Assembly: GCA_053919585.1 (NCBI GenBank) | Contig: CM132815.1 | Source: Euprymna scolopes | Lineage: Eukaryota | Length of the DNA: 64,000 nt | Direction: 5' to 3' (one strand) | Part shown: in pieces, positions 62,530 through 64,000 of the stretch | Numbering within the stretch: the first letter of the stretch is position 1 | How the letters are laid out: the number at the start of each line of letters is the position of its first letter | Made by a program: the position numbers and the translations under genes | Notes under the pieces: model-generated | Databases searched by the model: none | Seen by the model: only the letters and a program-made list of their open reading frames with translations | Told to the model about the DNA's origin: nothing

Positions 62530-62815
62530 CCGACTTAATTCAACTGAATGTGCTCATATATATAAGCAACGTTGAGCCTGGCCAATACCAGATGGGTAAC
62601 CATTTGGTAAGGCTAGGCGCTGTATCTACTGCGCCGAATCGTAGAAATTTCCAAGTTGGTATCTGGAGGCGCCTTAATTCACTGGAAGCGATGCACCCCA
62701 AGTCTTAGTTAAGACACGCCTCTAGGGGAAGGAAACTCTGATGTAAAAACCTGCGTTGTACTGTGTTCTTTGTCTTGTGGCAGTCGTCTGCACCGACAAG
62801 GATTAGCAGTAATAG
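62530..62815 (+). mobile_element. 5S rRNA-derived SINE-like element (SINE3 type) with RTE-like body
   Basis: 62564-62624 (aagcaacgttgagcctggccaataccagatgggtaaccatttggtaaggctaggcgctgta) aligns to the 3' half of 5S rRNA. 62718-62752 (tctaggggaaggaaactctga...aaacc) resembles an RTE LINE 5' motif. The tail is tagcagtaatag. Confidence 0.6.
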
Positions 62816-62911
62816 CAAAAAGTGTGGTTGGTTCTACACAAAGTCCTCACCACTATAAACAAATCATTTGTGTGGATTTCCAAACAACTTAGTTGTTGTG
62901 GCGGAACCTCA

Positions 62912-63580
62912 TAGTCGTTACCCGGGTGTTTGGAGGAGCTTGTTGAGCAAAAATAAAAGTAGTAGAAGGCAAAGGAGGAAAAGAACGTGAAAAAAGTGAC
63001 GTCTTTGCTGTTGCGCCCATAGCCAAACCGGAAGGGACGAATGACTAAATTAAGGTTAGTCATTATAAAAGAGGGGATGACTTTCGAAAATATCGGCGAA
63101 AACAACGACTCCTCTCCGCAGAAAAGTGCCTAGTTGCGAGTGAAGGAATTAATGTTTTTGGCCAATTTTTTTATATTTGTCGTCCGAAGGGTCGAGTTTC
63201 AAAACGATATCGATTGCGTGAAAATTCGTCGCCTCTGTCGAAACCTTTAGGCAGACCTAAATACATTTAAACAGACAGGTGAGATGTATAGTAGCCTGGG
63301 TGCCCGGCGTTGCCCGGGTGTTTCGAGGTGTGTGTTAGTAAAAATAAATGAAATAAAATAAATGAAGCTGTAGTAGGCAGGCAGGCTTGAACCGTACCAC
63401 GAAGGAGGAAAAGAACGTGACGTCTTTGCTGTTGCCTCCATTGCCAAACTGAAAGTGACGGATTTTTAAATTAAGGTTAGTCAACCGAAAAGAGCGGGTG
63501 ACTTCCGAAAATATCGGCGTAAAAAGCGACTCCTCCCCGTAGAAAAGTGCCCAGTTGAGGGTGAAGGAATTACTTTTTTC
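62912..63580 (-). mobile_element. Two adjacent diverged copies of a Helitron-like non-autonomous element
   Basis: 62914-63155 and 63306-63575 are homologous (aaggaggaaaagaacgtga, gacgtctttgctgttgc, cgaaaatatcggcg, agaaaagtgcc). The hairpin gcccgg-cgttgc-ccgggt at 63302-63319 lies near a CTAG-like end on the minus strand. Confidence 0.5.
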
Positions 63581-63839
63581 TTTTTAAATCGCAACATAAT
63601 AGTATATAAAATTCGATAGAACATTAACCTTCTTATAATATATACGAAAGCTGCAAGTGTTAAAATATCATATTTAAGCGTATTTTACGACCGGGCTTTG
63701 TCGGGCGTTTGTGCAAGCTTAAATAAATACTTTTGCAGTTTTGACAAGAAAGCTACAATAATATCAGAGCGCCTCCATTTACACTAAACATCTACAGAAT
63801 GCCAACATTAATATATTTCATATGAATGAGTTCCTTGAG

Positions 63840-63841
<2 letters not shown>

Positions 63842-63872
<31 letters not shown>
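63842..63872. repeat. (TA)n microsatellite
   Basis: Direct observation. Confidence 0.95.
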
Positions 63873-63874
<2 letters not shown>

Positions 63875-64000
63875 GTTTTTTTTAAATATAATTAATTATA
63901 TTTTAAAAATAATATATATATGCTGCTCCCCATTAAAAGGGGGTACCAGATTGGTCAATGGGAAAATTATTCCCAACAAGCATTTAGGTAAAAATGCACT

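Overview
AT-rich eukaryotic (metazoan, invertebrate-like) repeat-dense DNA with no recognisable host gene, and two N gaps (1533-1868, 38935-39178). The first half is a ~32.6 kb array of a 55-bp satellite with nested multi-monomer duplications. The second half holds TE remnants (mariner/Tc1, MITE, Helitron-like, CR1/L2-group LINE fragments, tRNA- and 5S-derived SINE-like elements) and a second 63-65 bp satellite. The most interesting locus is 43653-53195. A U2 snRNA 5' remnant is followed by a near full-length Tx1-clade LINE (Keno-like, U2-associated) flanked by 21-bp U2-derived direct repeats. Directly behind it is a head-to-tail array of 10 short, structured non-coding units in three subtypes. 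Every unit starts with U2 branch-point-recognition-region sequence that its own 5' bases fold back on. Every unit ends in the same motif + hairpin + A-rich signal as the LINE. This looks like a U2-targeting LINE with non-autonomous partner elements that build an ordered array. All family calls come from motif recognition by eye, with no database searches.
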